Shown here piece after piece: positions 26,219 through 36,731 of a stretch of DNA of 46,531 nt; the stretch's first letter is position 1, and each line of letters starts with the position of its first letter. Below the pieces are notes generated by a model. That model was not told the origin of the DNA. It did no database searches and worked only from the letters and a program-made list of their open reading frames with translations. Origin of the DNA: Oscillospiraceae bacterium (lineage in GTDB: Bacteria > Bacillota > Clostridia > Oscillospirales > Oscillospiraceae); the NCBI GenBank assembly GCA_015068335.1, contig SVKT01000001.1, positions 1-46,531 on the forward strand, given 5' to 3'. The translations under genes were made by a program, and so were the position numbers.

Positions 26219-26566
26219 TCAGTTGTCCAGCACGATCAGAGCGATCATTTCCAGATTTTCCGCGCTGCGGTTTTCCATCCCGTGGTGCTCGCCGTGGGCG
26301 GTGGCGCAGATGTCGCCGGGGCGGACGATGACCTCGGTGCCGTTGTCGTTGAACACGCCTTCGCCTTTGAGAATGTAGTAGAATTCCGTTTCCTTCTCGT
26401 GGATGTGATATCCGATGGAACGGCCCGGTTCCAGCGTCACGTGGGCGAACATACGGGCGTGGTCGTACATAGCGGCGCGGTCAGACAGTTCCTTGATGTG
26501 GGTCAGGCCGTTGCCGTTCTGCACGCAGATGTCCTTCATAGGGCAGTTTTCAGACCGTTTATACAT
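26219..26566 (-). CDS. Cupin domain protein
   Basis: GYHIHEKETEFYYILKGEG..HGEHHGMEN; start reassigned to MYKRSE. Confidence 0.88.
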   Translation of the reverse strand: MYKRSENCPMKDICVQNGNGLTHIKELSDRAAMYDHARMFAHVTLEPGRSIGYHIHEKETEFYYILKGEGVFNDNGTEVIVRPGDICATAHGEHHGMENRSAENLEMIALIVLDN

Positions 26567-26697
26567 AGCGTGACTCTCCTTTGTCCGCCCTGCTTGCGGA
26601 AGCGGCGGTAAAATGATATGATTCAATATATCACGGACGCGCGCGTCTGTCCAGCAGAGGAAATTTCGCCAAAGGGGCGAAAATTTGTAAAAAATAC

Positions 26698-26728
26698 TTG
26701 ACCTTCAAGTTACTTCATAGCATACACT
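26698..26728 (+). promoter_or_regulatory. MerR-type promoter with 19-bp spacer and dyad
   Basis: TTGACC-N19-TACACT; spacer holds an imperfect dyad CTTCAAGTTACTTCAT. Confidence 0.65.
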
Positions 26729-26750
26729 TGGTGCAAAGGAGGCGGTGAAA

Positions 26751-28205
26751 ATGACCGGTAAGGAAATCGAGAGTCGTTCCGGTGTGGCAAGAGCCAACAT
26801 CCGCTATTACGAGGCGGAGGGGCTGCTGCATCCTGCGCGGGAGAAAAACGGATACCGCGATTACAGCGAAGCCGATCTGGAAATTCTGGAAAAAATTAAA
26901 TTGCTGCGCCGGCTGGGCGTGACCATCGAGGAACTGAAAGCCCTCTGCGCCGGGAAGGCCGAACTGGGCCCGGTGCTGGACCGGCGGCTGCGGGAATTGC
27001 AGAGTGAGCGGGAAACGATGGAACGGGTGGAGCAGGTCTGCGGAGAACTGCGTGCCTCCGGCGAGACCTTTGCCACTCTGGATGCACCCAAGTATCTGAA
27101 AGCGCTGGACGAGGGGCCTTTGACGGCGCCCATCCTGCCGGAGCGCGACAAACTGCCGGCGGTATACAGTCCGTGGCGGCGCTTCTTTGCCCGCAGTTTC
27201 GATGAACTGCTGTGGGGCATTCTTCTGGCGCTGATTTTTTGCCTTGCGGGGAAAAATCCCAATCTGGTGGAGGAACGGGTCGGCGTGCTGTGGACCATTA
27301 TGGCTGTGCTGCTGTGCTTTGCACTGGAACCACTGCTGATCTCCCTGACCGGTACCACCCCGGGTAAGGCTCTGCTGGGGATGCGTCTTGCCGCGCCGGA
27401 GGGCAGAAAACTGACCCTTTCCGAGGCGTACAGCCGTCATTTTTGTATGCTGTGGTACGGCGAGGGCTTCTTCATCCCCATCTGGGGTTTGATCCAACTG
27501 TGGCGCAGCGCCAAGCGGGGCTGGAACGAGGAGCCCCAGCCCTGGGACGCCGAGGTGGCCTACATCGCGCCGCCCTTTGAGGGAAAGTTCGTGGCTTTTA
27601 TGGCCGCCGCGGCCGCTGTGCTGCTGGTGAGCAGCGAGGCGGTGAACAGCGCCTCCCAACTGCCGCCCAACCGGGGCGACCTGACCCTGACGGAGTTTGT
27701 GGAGAACCACAACCGGCAGAACGAGTATCTGGGTCTGCACGTCCGCAGTTATCTGGACGCCGAGGGCCGGTGGCAGGAACTTCCGGAGCCGGAGAACAGC
27801 ACCACCATTACCATTGACTTCTCCAAGCCCTGGGAGGAGGCGAAGGTGTACCACTACACCGTGGAGGATGGCCGCATCACCGCCATCACGATGGAGGCGG
27901 AACTGGAAAATCAATTCGACTGGATCACACCGCCCATCAGTACGGCGGCGGAACTGATCCCCTCCTTCGTTTGGGCGCAGGAGGAGGCGCCTTTCTGGTC
28001 TTTCAGCCGCAGGCGGCTGCTGACCGAGTTGTCCCGCGCCGACTGGGCGGAAGGCTTCACCATTCACGATTCCGGTGTGGTCATTCGCGGCAAGGTGGAA
28101 ATGGAGGGCTACAACTTCGGAAACGGTTGGGACTGGGCCATCCCCGACGACACCCGCACAGAAAATAAAATCGCCTTCCATTTTTCCGTAGAATTGGAAG
28201 AATGA
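26751..28205 (+). CDS. MerR-family HTH fused to an RDD membrane domain and a C-terminal soluble domain
   Basis: NIRYYEAEGLLHPAREKNGYRDY; RDD motifs PWRRFFARSFD and GTTPGKALLGMRL. Confidence 0.85.
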   Translation: MTGKEIESRSGVARANIRYYEAEGLLHPAREKNGYRDYSEADLEILEKIKLLRRLGVTIEELKALCAGKAELGPVLDRRLRELQSERETMERVEQVCGELRASGETFATLDAPKYLKALDEGPLTAPILPERDKLPAVYSPWRRFFARSFDELLWGILLALIFCLAGKNPNLVEERVGVLWTIMAVLLCFALEPLLISLTGTTPGKALLGMRLAAPEGRKLTLSEAYSRHFCMLWYGEGFFIPIWGLIQLWRSAKRGWNEEPQPWDAEVAYIAPPFEGKFVAFMAAAAAVLLVSSEAVNSASQLPPNRGDLTLTEFVENHNRQNEYLGLHVRSYLDAEGRWQELPEPENSTTITIDFSKPWEEAKVYHYTVEDGRITAITMEAELENQFDWITPPISTAAELIPSFVWAQEEAPFWSFSRRRLLTELSRADWAEGFTIHDSGVVIRGKVEMEGYNFGNGWDWAIPDDTRTENKIAFHFSVELEE

Positions 28206-28303
28206 TTGCAAAAGCCGGATATTGGGTGTAAAATTCCCATATCCGGCTTTTTTCTGTTTGCCGGGTTGTGCAATACGTAGAATTTCGCCTGCTACCGAAT
28301 TAG

Positions 28304-28323
28304 CGCTTTACTTTGTTAAAATA
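28304..28323. promoter_or_regulatory. HisR-type operator upstream of the his operon
   Basis: CGCTTTA-N6-TAAAATA resembles the Bacillota HisR palindrome YACTTTA-N6-TAAAGTR. Confidence 0.55.
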
Positions 28324-28384
28324 CAGGGGTAGAATAAGGTTATCATTACACCCGGGCGCAGTGCGCCTGCCAGGAGGGTTTCCT

Positions 28385-29962
28385 ATGGAACTGGATCTGA
28401 ACATTTTGAAACCGCAGGAGCGGATCTCACTGCAATTGCGGATGCTGTATGAAAAGGCGGGTTTCCGCCAGTACCATATGGGGCGGTTTGAGGAATACGG
28501 CCTCTATCAGGACAATCGCCGTTTCCTCTCCTCCGAGCAGGTCATCACCTTCACTGATCTGGACGGCCGCCTGCTGGCGCTGAAACCGGACGTGACCCTC
28601 TCCATCGCGAAAAACGCGCAGGTGGAGGAGGGAGGCTGCGGCCGCTTCTACTATCTGGAAAATGTTTACCGCCCCAGTCAGGAGAGCCACACCTTCCGGG
28701 AGATCAGCCAGATGGGTCTGGAATGCATCGGCGCGGTGGACGACGCCGTAACGGCGCAGGCCGTGACGCTGGCCATCGAGAGTCTTGCCTTGACGGGTCG
28801 GGACTATATGCTGGAAATCAGCCATATGGGCTTCGTCACCGGTCTCTTTGACGCCGTGGGCGCCCAGAGCGCCATCCGCCCCAAACTGCTTTCCTGCATC
28901 CGCAACAAAAACCGCCACGAACTGCAAAAGTGCGCGGCGGAGGCGGGGCTGTCCCGTCAGGGGACGGACGCCCTCTGTTCTCTGGGCAAACTCTCCGGCG
29001 CGTGGGAGACGGTTCTGGCCGCGGCGGAGCCGCTGGCCCTGAATGCCGCGATGGGCGCGGCACTGGAAGAACTGCGTGCCCTGTGCCAGACCCTTGCTGC
29101 GGAGGGAAAGGCGGAGCATCTGCGTCTGGATCTCTCTTTGGCAGGCGATATGGATTATTACAACGGCCTTGTGATGCAGGGCTATCTGGCAGGTCTTCCC
29201 CGCGCCGTGCTGAAAGGCGGTCGCTACGACCCGATGGCGGAGCAGTTCCGCCGCGGCGCCAAGGCCATCGGCTATGCGCTGTATCTGGATGAACTGGCCC
29301 GTATGGACGGCAGCGAAGCCCCTGCGGCAGAAAAGGTAATGCTGAACGTGGCGCTGCCCAAGGGCCGCCTGGGCGATAAGGTCTATAACCTGCTCTCCGG
29401 CGTGGGTTACGGCTGCCCGGAAAATTACAACGAGACCCGCAAACTGGTGGTGGAGAACCCGGAGGCGGGCATTCGATATTTCCTCGTCAAGCCCAGCGAC
29501 GTTGCCATCTACGTGGAGCACGGCGCGGCGGACATCGGCATCGTGGGCAAGGACATTCTGGAAGAATCCGGCGCCGATGTCTACGAACTGATGGACACCG
29601 GCCTCGGCAAGTGCCGGATGTGCGTGGCCGGACACAAGGATTTTGTGGACGATCCCAGCCGCACCCTGCGGGTGGCCACCAAGTTTGTCCACATTGCAAA
29701 GGACTATTACGCCGCACAGGGGCGCGACATCGACATCATCAAACTCAACGGATCCATCGAACTGGCGCCCATTCTGGGCCTGTCCGACGTGATCGTGGAC
29801 ATTGTGGAGACCGGAACGACCCTGAAGGAGAACGATCTGGCGGTGCTGACGGAGTTCATGCCCATCTCCGCCCGCTTCATCTCCAACCGGGCCAGTTACC
29901 AGTTCAAGCGCCGTGAGATCGACACCCTGCTGGCCAAACTGACGGAGGTGACCGGAGTATGA
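28385..29962 (+). CDS. hisZG: Fused ATP phosphoribosyltransferase: regulatory subunit HisZ plus short-form HisG
   Basis: LALKPDVTLSIA, REISQMGLE and GGRYD (HisZ), then in frame MLNVALPKGRL, DIGIVGKD and DIVETGTTL (HisG). Confidence 0.92.
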   Translation: MELDLNILKPQERISLQLRMLYEKAGFRQYHMGRFEEYGLYQDNRRFLSSEQVITFTDLDGRLLALKPDVTLSIAKNAQVEEGGCGRFYYLENVYRPSQESHTFREISQMGLECIGAVDDAVTAQAVTLAIESLALTGRDYMLEISHMGFVTGLFDAVGAQSAIRPKLLSCIRNKNRHELQKCAAEAGLSRQGTDALCSLGKLSGAWETVLAAAEPLALNAAMGAALEELRALCQTLAAEGKAEHLRLDLSLAGDMDYYNGLVMQGYLAGLPRAVLKGGRYDPMAEQFRRGAKAIGYALYLDELARMDGSEAPAAEKVMLNVALPKGRLGDKVYNLLSGVGYGCPENYNETRKLVVENPEAGIRYFLVKPSDVAIYVEHGAADIGIVGKDILEESGADVYELMDTGLGKCRMCVAGHKDFVDDPSRTLRVATKFVHIAKDYYAAQGRDIDIIKLNGSIELAPILGLSDVIVDIVETGTTLKENDLAVLTEFMPISARFISNRASYQFKRREIDTLLAKLTEVTGV

Positions 29963-31236
29963 TGCCCATTTACGATTTTGACCGGCTTGCGCCTCAGGAG
30001 TTTCTGAACCGCGACATTCAGGCGGAGGAGGATGTCAGCGCGGCGGTGGATGCGGTGCTGGCGGAGGTGCGCGCCAAGGGCGACGCCGCCCTGCGTGCCT
30101 ATACTGAGCGGTTTGACGGCGTGGCGCTGGACGATTTGCGCGTCAGCGAGGCGGAACTGGACGCCGCGTGGAGCAGCCTTGACCCGAATTTCATCGAAAC
30201 GCTGCGCGTGGCGGCGGAGAACATCCGCTTCTTCCACCAGCGGCAGGTGCATCAGGACTTCCGCCTGGAAAAGGACGGCGGCATCGTTCTGGGTCAGCGC
30301 TACACCCCCATCGAAAAGGTGGGCATCTGCGTGCCCCGCAGCCCGGTGGCCTTTCCCTCTACCATTTTAATGAATGTCATCCCCGCCAAGATCGCGGGTG
30401 TGAAAGATATCGTGCTGGTGACCCCTCCGGAGGCGGACGGCACCGTCAGCGCTGCGGCACTGGCGGCGGCGAAGATCGCCGGCGCGGACAGGATCTTCAA
30501 GGTGGGCGGTGCGCAGGCTGTGGCCGCGCTGGCCTACGGAACGGAAAGCATCCCCAAAGTGGATAAGATCGTGGGCCCCGGCGGCATTTTCGTGGCTACT
30601 GCCAAGCGGAAGGTGTTCGGCCTTGTGGCCATTGATATGATCGCCGGCCCCAGTGAAATTCTGGTGGTGGCGGACGGCAAGTGCGACCCCCGCTGGGTGG
30701 CCGCCGACCTTTTGAGTCAGGCGGAGCACGATGTGCTGGCCTCTCCCGTGCTGGTGACCGACAGCCGCGAACTGGCGGAACAGGTGGCCACGGAGATCGA
30801 AGTGCAACTCGCCCGGCTGCCCCGGCGGGAGATCGCCCGCAAGGCTGTGGACAGCAACGGCAAGATCATCGTGACGGACAGTCTGGACAAGGCGGTGGAG
30901 GCGGTGAACCGCATCGCGCCCGAGCATCTGGAACTGTGCGTGGAAGACCCCTTCGCCCTGCTGCCGAAGATCCGTCACGCAGGCAGCATCTTCCTGGGCC
31001 GCTATACCCCCGAGGCGCTGGGCGACTACTTCGCCGGCCCCAACCATACCCTGCCCACTTCCGGTACGGCCCGGTTTTCCAGCCCCCTCAGCGTAGACGA
31101 TTTCGTGAAGAAGTCCAGTTATCTGTACTACACGGCGGAGGCGCTGGAACCTGTGGCGGAGCGCATTGCGGATTTTGCCGAAAGGGAGGGGCTCGATGCC
31201 CACGCCCGGTCGGTGACCATCCGCACCGCCAAGTAA
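29959..31236 (+). CDS. hisD: Histidinol dehydrogenase
   Basis: DMIAGPSE, QAEHD, APEHLE and GPNHTLPT motifs. Confidence 0.97.
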   Translation: MMPIYDFDRLAPQEFLNRDIQAEEDVSAAVDAVLAEVRAKGDAALRAYTERFDGVALDDLRVSEAELDAAWSSLDPNFIETLRVAAENIRFFHQRQVHQDFRLEKDGGIVLGQRYTPIEKVGICVPRSPVAFPSTILMNVIPAKIAGVKDIVLVTPPEADGTVSAAALAAAKIAGADRIFKVGGAQAVAALAYGTESIPKVDKIVGPGGIFVATAKRKVFGLVAIDMIAGPSEILVVADGKCDPRWVAADLLSQAEHDVLASPVLVTDSRELAEQVATEIEVQLARLPRREIARKAVDSNGKIIVTDSLDKAVEAVNRIAPEHLELCVEDPFALLPKIRHAGSIFLGRYTPEALGDYFAGPNHTLPTSGTARFSSPLSVDDFVKKSSYLYYTAEALEPVAERIADFAEREGLDAHARSVTIRTAK

Positions 31237-31255
31237 GAAAAGGAGTGTTGACGCT

Positions 31256-32320
31256 ATGAGCAGATTCCTTTCCAAAGAAGCGATGAAATTGGCGCCCTAC
31301 ACCCCCGGCGAGCAGCCCAAGGACGCCCAGTATGTGAAACTGAATACCAACGAAAGCCCCTTTCCGCCCTCTCCGAAACTGATGAAGGCGATGACCCGGG
31401 CGGAAGAGTTGAAGTTGAACCTGTATTCCGACCCCACCTGCGGTCGGCTGAACGAGGCCATTGCCCGGCATTACGAACTGAAACCGGAGAATGTCATCAG
31501 CGGCAACGGTTCCGATGAAATTTTGGCCTTCGCCGTCCGCGCCTTCTGCGGTGAGGGGAAGGGTGTGGCCTATGCGGATATCACCTACGGGTTCTATCAG
31601 GCCCAGACGGCGCTGTTCGGTCTGGAAGCAAAGCGCATTCCTCTGCGGGAGGATTTCAGCCTGAATGTGGATGACTATATGGACTTCCCCGGCACCATCG
31701 TCATCGCCAACCCCAACGCCCCCACCGGTATGGCCGTGCCTCGCGCGGACATCCAGCGTCTGCTGGAAGCCGATCCCGACCGGGTGGTCATCGTGGACGA
31801 GGCCTATGTGGACTTCGGTGCGGAGAGTTGCGTGCCGATGATCTACCGCTATGACAATCTGCTGGTGGTGCAGACAATGTCCAAGAGCCGCCAACTGGCC
31901 GGCGGACGCGTGGGCTATGCGCTGGGCAGCGCGGAACTGATCGCCGCCCTCAACCGGGTGAAGTACAGTTTCAACCCCTATAACGTGAACCGCCTGTCCA
32001 TCATCGCGGGTGCTGCCGCCGTGGAGGATGAGGCTTATTTCCGCCAGTGCTGCTCTGCCATCGCCGGCAACCGGGCGTGGCTGACGGGAGAATTGGAGGC
32101 GCGCGGCTTTGCGGTGCTGCCCTCCTGCGCCAACTTTGTGTTTGCCAAGTCAGACAAAATCGACGGCGGCGCGCTGTATCGGCAGTTGAAGGAAAACGGC
32201 ATTCTGGTCCGCTGGTTTGACGCGGACCGCATCCGGGACTATGTCCGCATCACCGTGGGCTCTATGGAGCAACTGACGGAACTGGTGGACGCGCTGGACC
32301 GGCTGCTGGAAGAAGTGTAA
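31256..32320 (+). CDS. hisC: Histidinol-phosphate aminotransferase
   Basis: KLNTNESP, NPNAPTG, DEAYVDF and TMSKS motifs. Confidence 0.96.
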   Translation: MSRFLSKEAMKLAPYTPGEQPKDAQYVKLNTNESPFPPSPKLMKAMTRAEELKLNLYSDPTCGRLNEAIARHYELKPENVISGNGSDEILAFAVRAFCGEGKGVAYADITYGFYQAQTALFGLEAKRIPLREDFSLNVDDYMDFPGTIVIANPNAPTGMAVPRADIQRLLEADPDRVVIVDEAYVDFGAESCVPMIYRYDNLLVVQTMSKSRQLAGGRVGYALGSAELIAALNRVKYSFNPYNVNRLSIIAGAAAVEDEAYFRQCCSAIAGNRAWLTGELEARGFAVLPSCANFVFAKSDKIDGGALYRQLKENGILVRWFDADRIRDYVRITVGSMEQLTELVDALDRLLEEV

Positions 32321-32332
32321 GGAGGGAAGGGT

Positions 32333-32920
32333 ATGCGTACTGCATCCATCAAGCGGGATACCCGCGAGACCCAAATCGAACTGGCGTTGAACCTGGACGG
32401 AACCGGCAAGGCTTCCATCGCCTCCGGCTGCGGCTTTCTGGACCATATGCTGGAACTGTTCGCCCGCCACGGCGACTTTGACCTGACGGTGAAGTGTAAT
32501 GGCGACACGCAGGTGGACTATCACCACAGCGTGGAGGACATCGGCATTTGTCTGGGCAAGGCGTTTACGGAAGCACTGGGCGACAAGCGCGGCATCAGCC
32601 GTTACGGCCAGTTCCTGCTGCCTATGGACGAAACGCTGGTGCTGTGTGCCTGCGACCTCTCCGGCCGTGACTATCTGGGCTGGGGCGTGGAACTGCCCAG
32701 TATGACCGTGGGCGATTTCGACACGGAACTGGCGGAGGAGTTCTGGCTGGCCTTTGTGCGGAACTGTCCCGCCTCCATTCATATCCGCCAGATGGCGGGC
32801 AAGAACACCCACCACATTTTGGAGGCTGTGTTCAAGGGTATGGGCCGCACGCTGAAAATGGCGGTGGCTATGGATGAAAAGCATCTGAACGAAATTCCGA
32901 GTACCAAGGGTACTCTGTGA
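32333..32920 (+). CDS. hisB: Imidazoleglycerol-phosphate dehydratase
   Basis: FLDHML, HHSVED, PMDE and NTHHILE motifs. Confidence 0.97.
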   Translation: MRTASIKRDTRETQIELALNLDGTGKASIASGCGFLDHMLELFARHGDFDLTVKCNGDTQVDYHHSVEDIGICLGKAFTEALGDKRGISRYGQFLLPMDETLVLCACDLSGRDYLGWGVELPSMTVGDFDTELAEEFWLAFVRNCPASIHIRQMAGKNTHHILEAVFKGMGRTLKMAVAMDEKHLNEIPSTKGTL

Positions 32921-32933
32921 AAGAGTGGATACA

Positions 32934-33545
32934 ATGATCGCAATTGTTGATTACGGCGTGGGCAACCTCTTTTCCCTGTCTTCCAGCCTGAAAGCGCTGG
33001 GACTGGAAACGGAGATCACCCGCGATGCGGCGCGGCTCCGTGCCGCCGACCGGATCATCCTGCCCGGCGTGGGCGCCTTTGGCGACGCAAAAGCCAAACT
33101 GGACGCCACGGGTCTGGTGCCGGTGCTGCTGGAAGAGGCGGAGAAAAAGCCCTTCCTGGGTATTTGCCTGGGGATGCAACTGCTCTTTGACCGCAGCACG
33201 GAATACGGTGACCACCCGGGGCTTGGCCTGGTGTCCGGCGAGGTGGTGGATCTGCGGGAGGATCTGGCAGACAAGACCCTGAAAGTCCCCCATATGGGCT
33301 GGAACAGCCTGCAAATCGTGAAGGACGACCCCATTTTCAAGTACTTTGAAAACGGCGAGTATGTCTACTATGTCCACAGTTTCTATGCCCGCAACTGCGC
33401 GGCAAGCACGCTGGGCGCGTCGGAGTACGGCAACGTGGCGGTGACCGGCGTGGTGCGCAGCGGACGGGTGTACGGCACCCAGTTCCACCCGGAAAAGTCC
33501 GGCGACGCGGGACTGCGGCTGCTCAAAGCATTCGCCGAACTGTGA
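32934..33545 (+). CDS. hisH: Imidazole glycerol phosphate synthase glutaminase subunit
   Basis: DYGVGN, GICLGMQ, PHMGWN and QFHPEKS motifs. Confidence 0.97.
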   Translation: MIAIVDYGVGNLFSLSSSLKALGLETEITRDAARLRAADRIILPGVGAFGDAKAKLDATGLVPVLLEEAEKKPFLGICLGMQLLFDRSTEYGDHPGLGLVSGEVVDLREDLADKTLKVPHMGWNSLQIVKDDPIFKYFENGEYVYYVHSFYARNCAASTLGASEYGNVAVTGVVRSGRVYGTQFHPEKSGDAGLRLLKAFAEL

Positions 33546-33655
33546 TACGTTTTCTTGAAAGAAAAAGTACCAAAAAGAACTTTATTCGCTGCCGTCTTTT
33601 TGCGCATCGCAGTTTTATGCCCGGTAACGATGTTCTGGCTTAGAAGGAGTATCTT

Positions 33656-34369
33656 ATGCAGATTTTTCCCGCCATTGACCTGTCCGGCGGACAGGTGGTG
33701 CGCCTCTATCAGGGCGACTATGACAAAATGACCGTCTACGGACAGGACCCCTGCGCCGTGGCGAGAGAGTTTATCGCCGCCGGCGCCAAATACCTCCACG
33801 TGGTGGATCTGGATGGCGCCAAGGACGGCACGCTGGCCAATTTCGAGAGCATCGCTTCCATTGCAAAGCAGGGCGGACTGTACATCGAAGTGGGCGGCGG
33901 CATCCGCACCGAGGAGCGGATCCGGCAGTATCTGGAACTGGGCGTGAGCCGGTGCATTCTGGGCACGATTGCTGTGAAAGACTTTGATTTTACCGCCCGT
34001 ATGGCACAAAAATACGGTGATGCCATTGCCGTGGGCGTGGACGCCCGGGACGGCTACGTTGCCATCAACGGCTGGAAGGAACTGTCCGAGGAAACGGGCA
34101 TCGACTTCTGCAAGCGCCTGCGGGACGCCGGCGTGAAAACCGTCATTTACACCGACATCAGCCGGGACGGCGCCGAGAAAGGCACCAATCTGGAACTGTA
34201 TCGGGAGTTGGCGAAGATCGAGGGGCTGAACATCACGGCCTCCGGCGGCGTCAGCAGTATGGAAGAACTGAAAGAATTGCAGACCATCGGCACCCACGCC
34301 GCCATTCTGGGCAAGGCCCTGTACACCGGGCGGCTGGATCTGAAAACCGTTGTTGAGGAGGTGGGCTGA
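33656..34369 (+). CDS. hisA: ProFAR isomerase
   Basis: IFPAIDL, HVVDLDGA and TDISRDG motifs. Confidence 0.97.
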   Translation: MQIFPAIDLSGGQVVRLYQGDYDKMTVYGQDPCAVAREFIAAGAKYLHVVDLDGAKDGTLANFESIASIAKQGGLYIEVGGGIRTEERIRQYLELGVSRCILGTIAVKDFDFTARMAQKYGDAIAVGVDARDGYVAINGWKELSEETGIDFCKRLRDAGVKTVIYTDISRDGAEKGTNLELYRELAKIEGLNITASGGVSSMEELKELQTIGTHAAILGKALYTGRLDLKTVVEEVG

Positions 34370-35124
34370 TGCTGGCAAAGAGAATCATTCCCTGTCTGGA
34401 CGTGCGGGACGGCCGCGTAGTCAAGGGCACGAATTTTGAGGGCCTGCGGGATATGGCAGACCCCGTGGAGATGGCCCGGTTCTACAACGAATCCGGTGCG
34501 GACGAACTGGTGTTTTACGATATCACCGCCTCCGCCGAAGGGCGCGGTCTGTTCACCGACATCCTGCGCCGCGTGGCCAGCGAAATTTTCATCCCCCTCA
34601 CCGTGGGCGGCGGCATCCGTACGCTGGACGACTTCGACCGCGTGCTCAAATGCGGCGCGGATAAGGTCAGCGTCAACTCCGGCGCCATCGCCGACCCCTC
34701 CATCATCGGCGCGGCGGCGAAAAAGTACGGCGACCAGTGCGTGGTGCTTTCTATGGACGTCAAGCGGGTGGACGGACAGTTCCGCCTCTTTGCCAAGGGC
34801 GGTCGGGTGGACACCGGCATCGACGCGATGGAATGGGCGGTGCGCGGCGTGGAAAACGGCGCAGGCGAGATCGTGCTCAACTCCATCGACACCGATGGCG
34901 TCAAGGGCGGCTTCGATCTGGAAATGCTGGACGCTTTGGCTGCCCGGGTCGGCGTCCCCATTATCGCCAGCGGCGGCGCCGGCAATATGGAGCATTTTGC
35001 GGAACTCTTTACCCACCCCGGCATCGATGCGGGCCTTGCCGCCTCCATCTTTCACACCCGGCAGGTGGATATCAAGGATTTGAAGCGGTATCTGCGCACA
35101 CAGGGCGTGGAGATGCGCCTGTAA
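34369..35124 (+). CDS. hisF: Imidazole glycerol phosphate synthase cyclase subunit
   Basis: [16 protein letters not shown] and SIDTDG motifs. Confidence 0.97.
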   Translation: MLAKRIIPCLDVRDGRVVKGTNFEGLRDMADPVEMARFYNESGADELVFYDITASAEGRGLFTDILRRVASEIFIPLTVGGGIRTLDDFDRVLKCGADKVSVNSGAIADPSIIGAAAKKYGDQCVVLSMDVKRVDGQFRLFAKGGRVDTGIDAMEWAVRGVENGAGEIVLNSIDTDGVKGGFDLEMLDALAARVGVPIIASGGAGNMEHFAELFTHPGIDAGLAASIFHTRQVDIKDLKRYLRTQGVEMRL

Positions 35125-35140
35125 GCAAAGGAGATGCGAT

Positions 35141-35776
35141 ATGGAACTGAAATTTGACGAAAAAGGTCTGATCCCTGCCATCGTGCAGGATCACTACACC
35201 AAAGAGGTGCTGACCCTGGCCTATATGAATAAGGAAAGCCTTGCCATCACCATCGACGAGCGGCGCACCTGTTTTTGGAGCCGCAGCCGCCAGGAACTGT
35301 GGCGCAAGGGCGACACCTCCGGCGCCGTGCAGCACGTGGTAGCCATTTATGCCGACTGCGACTGCGACGCGCTGGTGGTGGAAGTGGTGAAGGACGGCCC
35401 CGCCTGCCATACCGGTGCGGAGAGTTGCTTCTTCAACGAATTGTATCTTTCCGAGGAGTTGAAGCAGTTCAGTTATGAGGGACTGTATCAACTCATCGCC
35501 GGCCGCAAGACCGACCCCAAGGAAGGCAGTTACACCACCTACCTCTTTGAAAAGGGAATGGACAAGATCCTGAAAAAGGTGGGCGAGGAATGCACCGAGG
35601 TCATCATCGGCGCCGCCAAGGGCGACAAGGCGGAAGCGGTGTACGAAATTGCCGACCTCTGCTATCACGTGATGGTGCTGATGGTGCAGATGGGCATCAC
35701 CGTGGAGGACGTCACCCGGGAACTGGAAAAGCGCCACGTGGTGGACCACAAGGTGAAGCAGGAGCGGATGCAATGA
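35141..35776 (+). CDS. hisIE: Bifunctional PR-AMP cyclohydrolase / PR-ATP pyrophosphatase
   Basis: DCDCD, ACHTG..SCF, KKVGEE and EIADLCYH motifs. Confidence 0.96.
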   Translation: MELKFDEKGLIPAIVQDHYTKEVLTLAYMNKESLAITIDERRTCFWSRSRQELWRKGDTSGAVQHVVAIYADCDCDALVVEVVKDGPACHTGAESCFFNELYLSEELKQFSYEGLYQLIAGRKTDPKEGSYTTYLFEKGMDKILKKVGEECTEVIIGAAKGDKAEAVYEIADLCYHVMVLMVQMGITVEDVTRELEKRHVVDHKVKQERMQ

Positions 35777-36609
35777 GCGGCCTGATACCGGCGCGCTGCT
35801 CCGTCCACACCCATACCACCTTCTGCGACGGCAGGAATTCCGCGGCCGAAATGGCGGCAGCGGCCTTCGCCGCCGGCGTGAAGCATTACGGCTTTTCCGG
35901 GCACATCCATACCCCCTGCCCCTCCGATGTGGGGATCTGTATGACGGCGGATATGACGGACTACTGTGCCGAGATCCTGCGCCTGCGGGAGGCATATGCC
36001 GACCGGATGGAGATCCTGTTGGGGATCGAGTGGGATCTCTGCTCCGATCTGCCGGTGCCGGACTGGGCGGACTACTGGATCGGCTCCGTGCATAACCTTC
36101 GTACCGCGGCGGACGGATACTGCTGCGTGGATTGGAATGCAGAGGAACTGGCCCGTGGGCGGGATGCGTGCTTCGGCGGCGATATGGAAGCGATGGCGGA
36201 GGCCTATTATGCCGCTGTGGCGGAAGTGGCCGCTCTGCGGCCGACCATTCTGGGCCACGTGGATCTCATCACCAAACTGAACGCCGGCGGCCGCTTTTTC
36301 GACGAGGCTTCGAAGCGCTATCGGGTGGCGGCGCTGGATGCGCTGCACCGCGCAGATCCTGCGGCCACCGTGCTGGAAATCAACACCGGCGCGATGGCGC
36401 GGGGCTATCGGCACACGCCCTATCCCGCGCAGTTTCTGCTGAAAGAGTGGAAGCAGATGGGGGGCAGGATCATCCTGACCGCCGATGCCCACAGCGCCGA
36501 CGGCGTGCTGTACGGCTACGAGGCGGCTGCGGCGTGGGCGGAGGCTGCCGGCTTTGACCGGGCCGTTTTGCTCACGGCAGGCGGCTTTGCGGACTGCGCA
36601 TTGAAGTAA
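35773..36609 (+). CDS. PHP-family histidinol-phosphatase (HisJ/HisK)
   Basis: [19 protein letters not shown] and ADAH motifs; ATG overlaps the hisIE stop. Confidence 0.88.
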   Translation: MSGLIPARCSVHTHTTFCDGRNSAAEMAAAAFAAGVKHYGFSGHIHTPCPSDVGICMTADMTDYCAEILRLREAYADRMEILLGIEWDLCSDLPVPDWADYWIGSVHNLRTAADGYCCVDWNAEELARGRDACFGGDMEAMAEAYYAAVAEVAALRPTILGHVDLITKLNAGGRFFDEASKRYRVAALDALHRADPAATVLEINTGAMARGYRHTPYPAQFLLKEWKQMGGRIILTADAHSADGVLYGYEAAAAWAEAAGFDRAVLLTAGGFADCALK

Positions 36610-36731
36610 TCGTTTTACAAAAAGCCAAAAAGAGGCAGGGCAGAGGGCCCTGCCTTTTGTCATCCTGTCAATTGAGAAACGGTATACAAACTGGTAAAAT
36701 AGGTATATTAAAGAAAGAGGTGATTGCTGCT

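Noticed and set aside
28205-28385. T-box or His leader-peptide attenuator
   Set aside because: No T-box consensus and no His-codon run; the region is too short after the upstream terminator.
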